64,000 nucleotides of DNA. It comes from Phyllobates terribilis. Its lineage: Eukaryota. The stretch spans positions 368,342,001 through 368,406,000 of the forward strand of contig NW_027362767.1 in NCBI RefSeq assembly GCF_046119375.1, given 5' to 3'. Of this stretch, positions 50,534-61,337 are shown piece by piece; positions within the stretch are counted from its first letter, which is position 1, and every line of letters starts with the position of its first letter. The notes beneath the pieces are model-generated. The model saw nothing but the letters and a program-made list of their open reading frames with translations, was not told where the DNA came from and searched no databases. Position numbers and translations under genes: made by a program.

Positions 50534-51653
50534 TTATCCCCCCTTCTAACAGCCCCTTCCACTTGACTCTCATTTTCCTCCATGAGCCGGGGGGCAAGAA
50601 TTAGGTCCACCGGGTCACAGAGAGGACTCACAGAACCGTGACCCCTCCGGTGTACAGGGTACCCTTTTTTAAAGTGGGGGGAAAACTTAGCAGACTCCCC
50701 GCATACTTCAGTATTGCGGGCCGAGAGCCACACTCTGTCGCCCGGATAGAATATGGGGACAGGGCGACGAGAAGTGGCAACCGACTCACTATGTGTGGAG
50801 TCCGTCACGGGTGACAGATGGGGAAGACCAACCGGACTTTGGCGGAAAGATTTAACTCTCGCACAGAAGGGACATGCGAGAACAATGTCCCTGACGTCCT
50901 GGCGCCACCGGGGCCACCAATAGGACCGTTGAAGGGACTTAGCGGTACGTTTGACCCCCAGGTGGGCTCCGATCTTAGGGACATGAGCCCAGGAGAGCAC
51001 CATATTCTGTAGATTAGGGGAAACAAACGTCCTCCCAGACAGAACCGGGTTAGAGGAAACTGCAGCCACCCTCTCTACCTGAGAGTTCTTTTTGACATAG
51101 TCTGACAAGACCCGGGTCCTGGGGACAGACAAAGAATCAGTACCGGCGGCCACATCGGTAGAGGGATCAGAGACTACCCTCCCGGTGACTTTGACCATAC
51201 ACTGAGATGCACAATTCTCACTAAAGGAAGAAATTCTCCCCATATTCCAGTCAATGTGTGGAGTATGACAGTGTAGCCAGGGGAGACCCAATAACACCTC
51301 GTCTAATCCACCGGGAATAATAAGAAATGAGATGACCTCCCTGTGGCCCTGAGGAAATTACATGGTGAGGGGAATCGACTGGTGTGTGATTTGCGTGTCC
51401 AGGAATGAACCATTGACAACACTAATGTTCATTGGTCTTGAGAGTAATTCTATAGGGATGGCATGCCTCTGGGAAAATGTAGATGATAAAAAATTGCCAT
51501 CAGCATCAGAGTCCACCCATGTCTTGGCAGTAACTGCAGATGTACCAAAAGACAATGTCACGTTATATAATAATTTGGAGGAAGAAGTCCCAGAATTTAA
51601 TACACCTCCTCCAACGGTGGTAAGACCTACTCGTTTTCCCGACTGCTTGGAAC
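50534..51653 (-). pseudogene. Protease plus fused integrase remnants (HHCC finger, GPY/F-like module) of the sushi-like element
   Basis: Motifs TWVDSDADGNF, VLLGLPWL, AHVPKIGAHLGVKRT...YWWPRWRQDVRDIVLACPFCAR and FYPGDRVWLS. No RT/RH motifs. Confidence 0.8.
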
Positions 51654-52154
51654 TAGTGTTGAGCCACCCGCGTAGTGTTCGAGTTCGGTTCGGTTCATCG
51701 AACACCCGTGTGTTCGCCGAACTGTTCGTCGAACTGTTCGTCGAACACCTTCGAACACCGTTAAAACCAATGGCAGGCAAACAAAAACACATAGAAACAC
51801 ATAGAAAACACCTTCAAAGGTGTCCAAAAGCTGACAAACTGCTCAGAAGACACAACTAACACATGGAAAAGTGACAAGTACATATAGTCATGCGAAAAGA
51901 AAAGAGGTGGAGGAGTAAAAGGAGGGGGAGACACAGATATAGGCATGTCATGCCCTTCTAAAATCCAAAAAGTGAGAAGCCGAGACGGCCAGTCCGCTCC
52001 TGCCCATGCCACCTCCGTGTCGCCGGGTTTGTGCCAGAGCCGCGGTGAACCCTGACGGCCAGCCCCCCTCTCCCAATACTGGTGCCTGTCCGGTGGTGGG
52101 TCGAGAGAGCCCCCCTGTGGTGGAGGCAGCTCTAAGCTTTTTAATTTAAATTGT

Positions 52155-52431
52155 CCCTCTAATTTGAATGAATACACTTTAAATCCATTTACAAGGATCT
52201 ATTGGAGGGCAAGTCTCATGCCAGCAGCCGCGTAATTCCAGCTCCAGTAGGGTCCACTAAAGCTGCTGCAGTTAAAAAGCTTTTATAAGGATCGAGCTCG
52301 GCTGTCCACCGCAAGGCATCCTAGTGCCAGTCCCAGCCCCTATGCCTTGGGGTGCTTCCTGATGCTCTTCACTAAGTATCCCGTGGTCCCGAAGCATTTC
52401 CTTTGAAAAAATTAAGTGTTCAAACTACAGG
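52155..52431 (+). pseudogene. Diverged 18S rRNA fragment (530-loop region into V4) inside the hAT
   Basis: CACTTTAAATCC...ATTGGAGGGCAAGTC..TGCCAGCAGCCGCG-TAATTCCAGCTCCA...GCTGCAGTTAAAAAGCT...CCCGAAGC.TTT.CTTTGAAAAAATTA.GTGTTCAAA is collinear with vertebrate 18S as recalled. Confidence 0.92.
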
Positions 52432-52526
52432 TGGTGTAGCTTGCTTAACAGCCGGGATAATCCGCTGACTAGCAGACACTGCTACTAGGCACAAAGTATT
52501 TCCTGGGCTAGATGCAGTTAAAAATT

Positions 52527-54348
52527 TGTAAGTAGATACTCTCGTTGGATGCTGAGAAAGCATTCCATAGAGTCTCCTGGCACGCCATATATGATTCTCT
52601 TAAAAAGCTTGGGGTAGGGGTCTAGGGGACCCTTTTATAGCCAAAATCACGGCCCTGTATCACAATACGTCACCTAGGCTGAAGATAAATGGAACTGTAG
52701 CACCGAGGGCTCGGTTGCTACAGACGTATTGCACCTCACCCAGAGGTGTGATATCTCACTCTCAGATAAGGATGGAGTGTGGATCAGGACCCGACACCTG
52801 CATGCATTACACCACATTGCCCTGGGGCAGGGCGACCAATATGCCCCTGAGATGGGCACGACAGTCCCTGTCCCTGGCTGGAGTGGGGGGAGGGAACACT
52901 GAGGAAGGGGAACCCTGCAGTGCAGGAGCAGGGAGGAAGCAGTTCCTGGGTGCATTGAGAAGGGAGTATAAAAGGTGGGCACCATCTTAGTTCAGTGCAG
53001 AGAAGTCTGAGCAGAAGTGGCAGGGAGCAGGGGCTCTGCATGAGCTCTGCTCCGGAGGCGGGCCTAGTAACAGAGGCCCAGGCCTGCAAGAGGGAGAAGG
53101 AAGGAAGAGGAGCGGAGAAGGCTCCAGGAACGAGGAATGAAGGGATCCCAGGGGTGCGGACGGGCGAGTCGCCACCGCACGCCCGAATCCACCTGCGTGG
53201 AGGGGTCAGGCCAAAGGGGGAGACCGGTCCCCGAACTAGTGGAGGCAGGAAACGACCCTCAGCTAGAAACCGGAGGCTCTGACATTTTATGTGGCGCAGC
53301 CCCTTGCTCCACCCGCTAGGAAGGCACCACATAGGGTCAGGGAAACTGGCGCCAAGTTTACCAAGAGGAGGCCCGAGGCAGCCGGACAGAAGTGTTGGTA
53401 AGAAAGGCCAGACAAAGGACACACAAAGGGGGTCCTGTGAAGCGCTCCAAAGTTATCTGGGAGTTGTCTGAGCCCCTCACCTGGTGAGCACAGTACGACG
53501 TGGGCAGCCGTTACCTGCAGACGTGGTCTGGATAATAAGAACTGTGAGTAAAGGCCCTGAACTGCATCACTGACTCCGTGTCGTTACTGCTGCTGCCCTG
53601 CACCATCACCCCCATCCTCCGCATACACTGCCCTGAGGCTATACTCCTCCCGTGGGGAGTTATGCTACGCTCTGCTGCACCCACAACACCAGCCTTAGCG
53701 GTCTGCCCTGTAGCGGCGGTTCACTCTGACCGCAATCCACGGGTGGCGTAGTCGGACATTTAAACATCAAAACCACATAAATAGTTCCGCCACTGGTTTG
53801 ACCGCCCTGAGCCACGGAACCGGATCGCCGCCACGAAGACTACAACCACCAGCATCCACCAAAAAGGGTCCGGCTCCGGGTGTCCCAAGGCCCAGGGGGT
53901 GCGTCAGAACATTTTCATCACCTTTCACAATCACCAATGGGACAAGGCAGGGATGTCCTCTGTCCCCTCTCTTATACATCCTAGTGACGGAGCACCTGCT
54001 CTCATCAATTCGCCATAACCCCAATATTAGGTGGATTGAGGTGGGAGGCACCGAGTACAAGTGCTCTCTATTTGCTGATGATGTCCTAGTATATATCACT
54101 CAATCACATATATCCATCCCTGCTGTTATGGCTGAAATAGATCACTTTGTTATATGGTAAAATTTTAAAATCAATGCAGCGAAGTCTGAGGCCCTCGATG
54201 TCTCCCTCCCTAAATCCATATAGGATTCCATCCAGTCCAACTTTCCCTTTGCCTGGCCCTCACAGGGTATCAAATACTTAGGAATTCCTATTCATAGAGA
54301 CCTCTCCCATCTATGTTATCTTAATTTTGGGCCCTTTATTGAGCAATT
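52527..54348 (+). mobile_element. L1-clade LINE ORF2 (RT) fragment, split by a solo LTR
   Basis: LSLDAEKAF.RVSW ... RLKINGT|FSSPFTITNGTRQGCPLSP ... SLFADDVL ... IKYLGI. Confidence 0.9.
52696..53906 (+). mobile_element. Gypsy solo LTR (1211 bp)
   Basis: TGTAGC...GCGTCA with 4-bp TSD GAAC (52692-52695 / 53907-53910). AATAA at ~53533. Confidence 0.92.
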
Positions 54349-57300
54349 CCATACAGACCATGGTTGGCAAGTTAGAACTGTAAGATTCACTACGTGAACC
54401 ACTGGTGTTTTGTGGAAAAGCACATGTAAGATTCTGCAACAGTCTCTGCTGATACTCCTGCATGCGTGCATCCCTTTCTATGGCAGGAATAATTTCTGCA
54501 AATTTACTTTTGTACCGGGGATCTAACAGTGTGGCAACCCAGTAGTCAGGATTATTTCTAATTCTCACAATTCGAGGGTCATGTTGCAGGTAGTGCAGCA
54601 AGAAGGCACTCATGTGTGTTGCGCATCCAGGAGCACCAAGTCCCTGTTGTGTTGGTGGCGAGGTAACAATCATGCTTCCTTCCTCTGTCCTCTCCCCCCA
54701 ACCTCGCACAACAGAAATGTGATCAAGGTCTCCCTCATCTGATGAGTCTTCCATCAGTTCGTCCTCCACTTCTTCCTGGGCTCCTGCACCTTCCTCACTA
54801 GTTTGGCTGCTACCATGCGCCCTGGTAAAATCATCTCCCTCACCCTCACATGCCTGCCGCCCTGGTGCTGCCGACCGTCTGGACCTTGCAGATGTTAGCC
54901 CTTCCGCATACAACTCCTCCTCCTCTACTTCCTCCACCTCCTCTTGTGCCACCACCTGACTCCGAATTCTGTTTAACATGTGCTCCAGCATGTAAATCAC
55001 CGGAATAGTCATGCTGATAATGGCATCGTCAGCACTAAACATCTTCGTCGCCATTTCAAAACTGTGCAGAAGGGTGCATAGGTCCCTGATCTGAGACCAC
55101 TCCTCCAGCGTGATTTGCCCCACCTCTGAATCTCGTTGGCCCAGGCTATACGTCAGAACGTATTGCACCAGGGCTTGTCGGTGCTGCCACAGTCGCTGCA
55201 ACATGTGCAGAGTTGAATTCCACCGGGTAGGCACATCGCATTTTAGCCGGTGAAGTGGCAGGCCCAACGACTTCTGTAGAGATGTAAGTCGCTGAGCTGC
55301 GGGATGCGAACGGCGGAAGTGAGCACACAGCGACCGTGCCCTCTGCAGAAGGCCATCTAGTCTGGGATAGTGGGCTAAAAATTGCTGGACAACCAGGTTC
55401 AACACGTGAGCCATACAAGGCACGTGTGTGACATTGCCCCGGCGAAGGGCCGCACCCAGGTTTGCAGCATTGTCGCACACGGCCTTCCCTGGTTTCAGGT
55501 CCAGTGGAGACAACCATTCATGAAATTGGTTCTCCAGAGCTGACCACAACTCCTCAGCTGTGTGACTCACATTTCCCAGACATTTCAATGTAAAACCGCC
55601 TGATGACGTTGAGCCCTACTGCCAGCATAGTAAGGAGGTGTGCAGGATCCCTTCTGCGCAGTTAGAAAGCTTGTGGCATGACCAGACAGGCTTTGGGTGC
55701 AGGTGGAAGACCGAGAGGAGGTTGAGGAGGCAGAAGCAGTGGAGGAAAAATGACATAAAGAGGATTGACGCACAACTCGTGGGGACGGCAAGACTTGGAC
55801 AGCAGCCCCTTGTCCTGCTGTCACCATAGTTACCCAGTGCCCAGTCAGCGACATGTAACGCCCCTGTTCATGCCTACTCGTCCAAGTGTCTGTGGTGAAA
55901 TGCACCCTGTCACACACAGAGTTTCTCAAAGAAGCGGTGATGTTGTGTGCGACATGCTGGTGGAGCGCAGGCACACCTTTCTTTGAGAAGTAGTGCCGAC
56001 TGGGCATCTGGTACTGGGGCACTGCGACGGACATAAGGTCTCGAAAATCCTCTGTGTCCACCAGGCGGAAAGGCAGCATTTCTGTAGCCAAGAGCTTGCA
56101 GATGGTGAAATTCAACCTCTTAGCTTTCTCAAGGCTAGGAGGAAATGGTCTTTTACTTGTCCACATCTGAGGGACCGAGGGCTGGCTATTGTGCTTAGAC
56201 GGGGTTGATAAGGGTGTCCCCGGCAAACTGCCGGTCTGTGAGGAAGATGCAGGCGGACATGTTAGGTTGCCTTGATCCAAAGGTGGTGCTATCGATGTCG
56301 GACAGCGCTCAAGACCAGCTGGTGTTACCACCTCCAAAGAAAATGATGACCTGCCAATCACGCTGGCTGTTGCGGGTAAAGAGGTGGCAGGTCTGCGCCC
56401 CAAAACAGGTGTGACTGCTGTCCCCCCAGTCACAGAGGATGAAGAGGCCGTGGATGCACAAGATATGGCAGACGGTGGTTGGCCCGGCCGGCTAGACCGC
56501 ATTGTAGCACACTGAGCTTCCCACTGCAACTTATGCTTCATGTCCATGTGCCGGTTCATGCATGAAGTACTCAAACTATGTATTTTTTGGCCTCTACTTA
56601 GCTTTTGCTGACAAATGTTACAGATAACACGAGTTGGGTCATCTTTATCGATCTGAAAAAATGCACAGGCTATGCAAGGCTTAGCACCCATGCGACCTGA
56701 AGAGCCACCACGACTTGTGGTGAGAGGCAGAGTTGTGTTTGAGGATGCAGTTGTTGACGTGCTTCCAGTACTACGTCTCTGTCCAGGAAGGCGCAACCTG
56801 ACCTCGTCGTCACTAGCATCTTCCTCCACCTCCTCTGCTGACCTCACCTCTTGGCTGACTGTGGGTTGACAGTAAGTGGGATCTCCGACCTCATCATCAT
56901 CACCCTGTGCGTTATCACACCCGTCGTCCTCAGAGCCAACCTGTTCCTGCCCTGACAAAAAACTAAAGTTGTCGCTCCAATCAGGTATTTGAGTCTTATC
57001 ATCGTCTTCCTCATTGTCTCCACCAACAGGAGTTACAGTTTGGGAATGAGGGTCTACATTATGGTCAGAACCTTCTGCGTCTGGTCCTGGATCCGACTCA
57101 TAAAGATTCTGGGCATCAGTGCAGATCATTTCCTCGTCTGGATTCACAGAAGCGCTGGAGTCGACCTCTGATTCCCAGGCTATAGTATGAGTAAACAGCT
57201 CTGCAGACTCAACCATCTGTTCTACCTCATACTTAGACGGGCAGCTGGAGATTTGGGAGCTGTGAGGAAGCAAGTGCGATTTGGGTGACACCTTTGAGGA

Positions 57301-57585
57301 CTGGAGTATTTGTGATGTTGAAGTTGATGTGGAGGAGAGCCCACTTAAAGGAGCACTTGATATCCATTGAAGCACCTGCTGTTTTTGTGCCTCATCTGGA
57401 ATTTGTAGCGATTGGCGTGGCCGTAAGAAAGGGATCTTATCACATTGTCCGCTAAAAGAAGTAGACATTTTAGTTTGGCTGGAAGATGGTCTTTCTTCTG
57501 CACCTACCCCACGGACACAACCTTTTTTCCCCTTCCCAACACGCCTATTCCCCTTTCCACCAGCAGCAGGCCTTTTTCCACTCAT
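54349..57585 (-). pseudogene. hAT transposase (ORFs 55585-57585 and 54311-55588); dimerisation domain lost
   Basis: BED finger CNICQQKLSRG...CMNRHMDMKH, HFTTDTWTS, CMAHVLNLVVQ, CDVPTRWNST and ATLLDPRYK. Confidence 0.92.
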
Positions 57586-57699
57586 TTTGGTGGTTAACTA
57601 ATTCACAACTCTGGAGTTGTTTGCACAAAAAAACAATGGATGGTAACCGAGCAGAGCTGAGTGGCCAAACTGTGGTATTAGGCCAAAACTATTGGCTGG

Positions 57700-59527
57700 G
57701 TTAGATGCAGAAAAAAATTATTTTTAATTTGCAACCTGATGGAGGTCAGTATAGATGGACTAATAGACCAAGTCCCACACACCGCTAGAAGCCCAAATAT
57801 TTTTTCAGAGCTAGATGCAGAAATTTTTTTTATTCAATTTGCAACCTGATGGAGGTCAGTATAGATGGACTAATAGACCAAGTCCCACACACTGCTAGAA
57901 GCCCAAATATTTTTTCAGAGCTAGATGCAGAAAAAAATTATTTTTAATTTGCAACCTGATGGAGGTCAGTATAGATGGACTAATAGACCAAGTCCCACAC
58001 ACCGCTAGAAGCCCAAATATTTTTTCAGAGCTAGATGCAGAAAAAAATTATTTTTAATTTGCAACCTGATGGAGGTCAGTATAGATGGACTAATAGACCA
58101 AGTCCCACACACCGCTAGAAGCCCAAATATTTTTTCAGAGCTAGATGCAGAAAAAAATTATATTCAATTTGCAACCTGCTGGAGGTCAGTATAGAAGGAC
58201 TAATAGAACAAGTCCCAGACACTGCTAGAAGCCCAAATATTTTTTCAGAGCTAAATGAAGAAAAAAATTATTTTTAATTTGCAACCTGATGGAGGTCAGT
58301 ATAGATGGACTAATAGACCAAGTCCCACACACTGCTAGAAGCCCAAATATTTTTTCAGAGCTAGATGCAGAAAAAAATTATTTTTAATTTGCAACCTGAT
58401 GGAGGTCAGTATAGATGGACTAATAGACCAAGTCCCACACACCGCTAGAAGCCCAAATATTTTTTCAGAGCTAGATGCAGAAAAAAATTATATTCAATTT
58501 GCAACCTGCTGGACGTCAGTATAGAAGGACTAATATAACAAGTCCCACACACTGCTAGAAGCCCAAATATTTTTTCAGAGCTAAATGAAGAAAAAAATTA
58601 TTTTTAATTTGCAACCTGATGGAGGTCAGTATAGATGGACTAATAGACCAAGTCCCACACACTGCTAGAAGCCCAAATATTTTTTCAGAGCTAGATGCAG
58701 AAAAAAATTATTTTTAATTTGCAACCTGATGGAGGTCAGTATAGATGGACTAATAGACCAAGTCCCACACACCGCTAGAAGCCCAAATATTTTTTCAGAG
58801 CTAGATGCAGAAATTTTTTTTATTCAATTTGCAACCTGATGGAGGTCAGTATAGATGGACTAATAGACAAAGTCCCACACACTGCTAGAAGCCCAAATAT
58901 TTTTTCAGAGCTAGATGCAGAAAAAAATTATTTTTAATTTGCAACCTGCTGGAGGTCAGTATAGATGGACTAATAGACCAAGTCCCACACACTGCTAGAA
59001 GCCCAAATATTTTTTCAGAGCTAGATGCAGAAAAAAATTATTTTTAATTTGCAACCTGATGGAGGTCAGTATAGATGGACTAATAGAACAAGTCCCACAC
59101 GCTGCTAGAAGCCCAAATATTTTTTCAGAGATAAATGAAGAAAAAAATTTTTTTTAATTTGCAACCTGATGGAGGTCAGTATAGATGGACTAATAGACCA
59201 AGTCCCACACACTGCTAGAAGCCCAAATATTTTTTCAGAGCTAGATGCAGAAAAAAATTATTTTTAATTTGCAACCTGATGGAGGTCAGTATAGATGGAC
59301 TAATAGACCAAGTCCCACACACCGCTAGAAGCCCAAATATTTTTTCAGAGCTAGATGCAGAAAAAAATTATATTCAATTTGCAACCTGCTGGAGGTCAGT
59401 ATAGAAGGACTAATAGAACAAGTCCCACACACTGCTAGAAGCCCAAATATTTTTTCAGAGCTAGATGCAGAAAAAAATTATATTCAGTTTGCAACCTGCT
59501 GGAGGTCAGTATAGATGGACTAATAGA
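57700..59527. repeat. 110-bp tandem array (~16.6 copies) in the hAT subterminal region
   Basis: GCAACCTG recurs exactly every 110 bp from 57731 to 59491. Confidence 0.97.
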
Positions 59528-60444
59528 ATGATGCTATGCCCAAAAGATTTTACTTCACTAGGTGCAGTAAAAAAATTGGTATTCTATACACAGGTGGTAT
59601 ATCTTGCAACACAGATAGGCTACTCCACTGACTAACACACTCTGCAATAGGCCAAAAAGGATTAGCTTTGCTAGATTCAGCCAAATGCTGTGAAAAAAAC
59701 TTGCACAGCACTGGCACAGACCTGCCTGGCAAAAACTGATAGGAACTGATGTAACCTAGTCCTGAAAAGGACTCCAATTACAATTAGTCTTTACTCCCAC
59801 AATCTATCTATTTAAGAGCACAGACCTGCCTGATAAAAGTCGTAGGAAATGCTGTAACCTAGTCCTTAAAAGGACTGCAATCACAACTATTCCCTACTCC
59901 CAAGCTATCTGTATATTTGTGCGAAAATTGGCTTGAAATTATCAAGGTATAGCGCACACAGCAACAGCGGTGCCGTCTAACACGCAGCTGCAGCAGTGAG
60001 AAAATGGTGGCGACGGGGAAAATGGCTTGGTCTTATAGGGCAAGGACATGTGACATACACTGCCAATCACACATGCCCTTGCTTGTGTGAAAAAAAGCAC
60101 TTCGCTCCGTGTGTGCGCTGCTGATAGGCTGACAGATTGCACCTCCCCACTGCAAATGCGGGAAAGAGAAAAAAAAATGGAGATCTTCATTGCTCCTGCA
60201 GAGATCCATCCCCTGCCCCTCCCCCCGCCCCGCTGTACACTCAAACTGCGTATTAACATTAATTTTCATCATTACTGAGAAAAAATCCAGTTATGATTTT
60301 GGTGCACGAACAGTTATCGAACATAACCTCGAACAGCCGAATTTTTCTCAAATTGTTCGTGTTCGCCGACCGGCTCGAACACCGCCCAAAACAGCTCGAA
60401 TTTAAGATTGGCGAACAGTTCGAGTAGAACAACGCTCATCTCTA

Positions 60445-61291
60445 CTTGGAACCCTTTTTTACGGGGTACTCCAAGAGATGTGCAGGATGGGAATGAGAAG
60501 GACCAGACTCAGTCCGGGATATATCCATAGCCTCAGGCTCCGGGTCGAGAGTCTCGGGTTTGGAAATGGGTCTAGAGAAGGATGGTGCCAACTGATACTG
60601 AGGTCTGGCAACCTCCAGCTCTAACTTGTGTTCCGCATGACGCAAATCTATACGGTCAGCGAGAGATATTAACCCCTCCAGGGAGGTTGGAATCTCTCTG
60701 GTAGATAGAGCATCTTTAATATGCCCAGCCAGACCCTTCCAGAACACCGGGATAAGCGACCGCTCAGACCAATCCAGTTCAGCCGCTAGGGTTCTGAACT
60801 GGATGGCATAGTGGCTGGCGGTGGCCGAACCCTGGATCAACGCAAGAAGCTTAAGAGCCGTATCATGCGTGACCTGAGGACCTAGAAATACACCTTTTAA
60901 GGTCTTAAGGAAAAGACCCGCATTTACTACAACCGGATCATTCCACTCCCATAGAGGAGTAGCCCACTCCAGAGCCCTGTGAGAGAGTAATGAGATGATA
61001 TATCCCACTTTGGCTCTTTCGGGTGGGAACCGTGCCTCCATCATCTCCAAATGAATGGAGCATACATTAATTAAAACCCCTGCAGAGTTTACTGTCCCCA
61101 GAAAATTTTTCCGGGAGAGCAAAACGGGGTAATGGGGCACTTGCAGTGCTTGCACTATTCACCGCAGCCGAGTTAATAATATTGGCTGCTAGAGTAGCCG
61201 TGTGGGTAGCTACTGCAGTGATTTCAGCGACCGGGACAGCTTGTTCCAGAGATTTAAGTCTGGCCTCAATTCGCTGTATATACTGCAGCAA
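60445..61291 (-). pseudogene. gag: Sushi/PEG10-like Gag
   Basis: Motifs LPEKFSGD, KVGYIISLLSHRALEWA, LIQGS...YAIQFRTLAAELDW and FWKGL..IKD.L. Confidence 0.88.
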
Positions 61292-61337
61292 TTGCTAGTT
61301 GTCGGTCATATTCGGCAAGACCCTGGCGCTCTGATAC

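Larger units (their letters stand above)
51654..60444 (-). mobile_element. hAT DNA transposon (8.8 kb) carrying an 18S rRNA fragment and a 110-bp array
   Basis: TIRs TAGTGTTGAGC / GCTCATCTCTA and a perfect 8-bp TSD CTTGGAAC (51646-51653 / 60445-60452). Confidence 0.95.

Noticed and set aside
52155-52431. Functional 18S rRNA gene or rDNA unit
   Set aside because: Only ~280 bp, diverged in universally conserved positions, with no flanking rDNA, and enclosed by hAT TIRs and a TSD.
57700-59527. CRISPR-like regular array
   Set aside because: The units are wholly repeated with no unique spacers, there are no cas genes, and the context is a eukaryotic transposon.
61326-61337. tRNA-iMet PBS (plant-type TGGTATCAGAGC) for the sushi-like element
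   Set aside because: It lacks the TGG, the vertebrate iMet complement is TGGTAGCAGAGG, and self-complementarity to the LTR explains it better.
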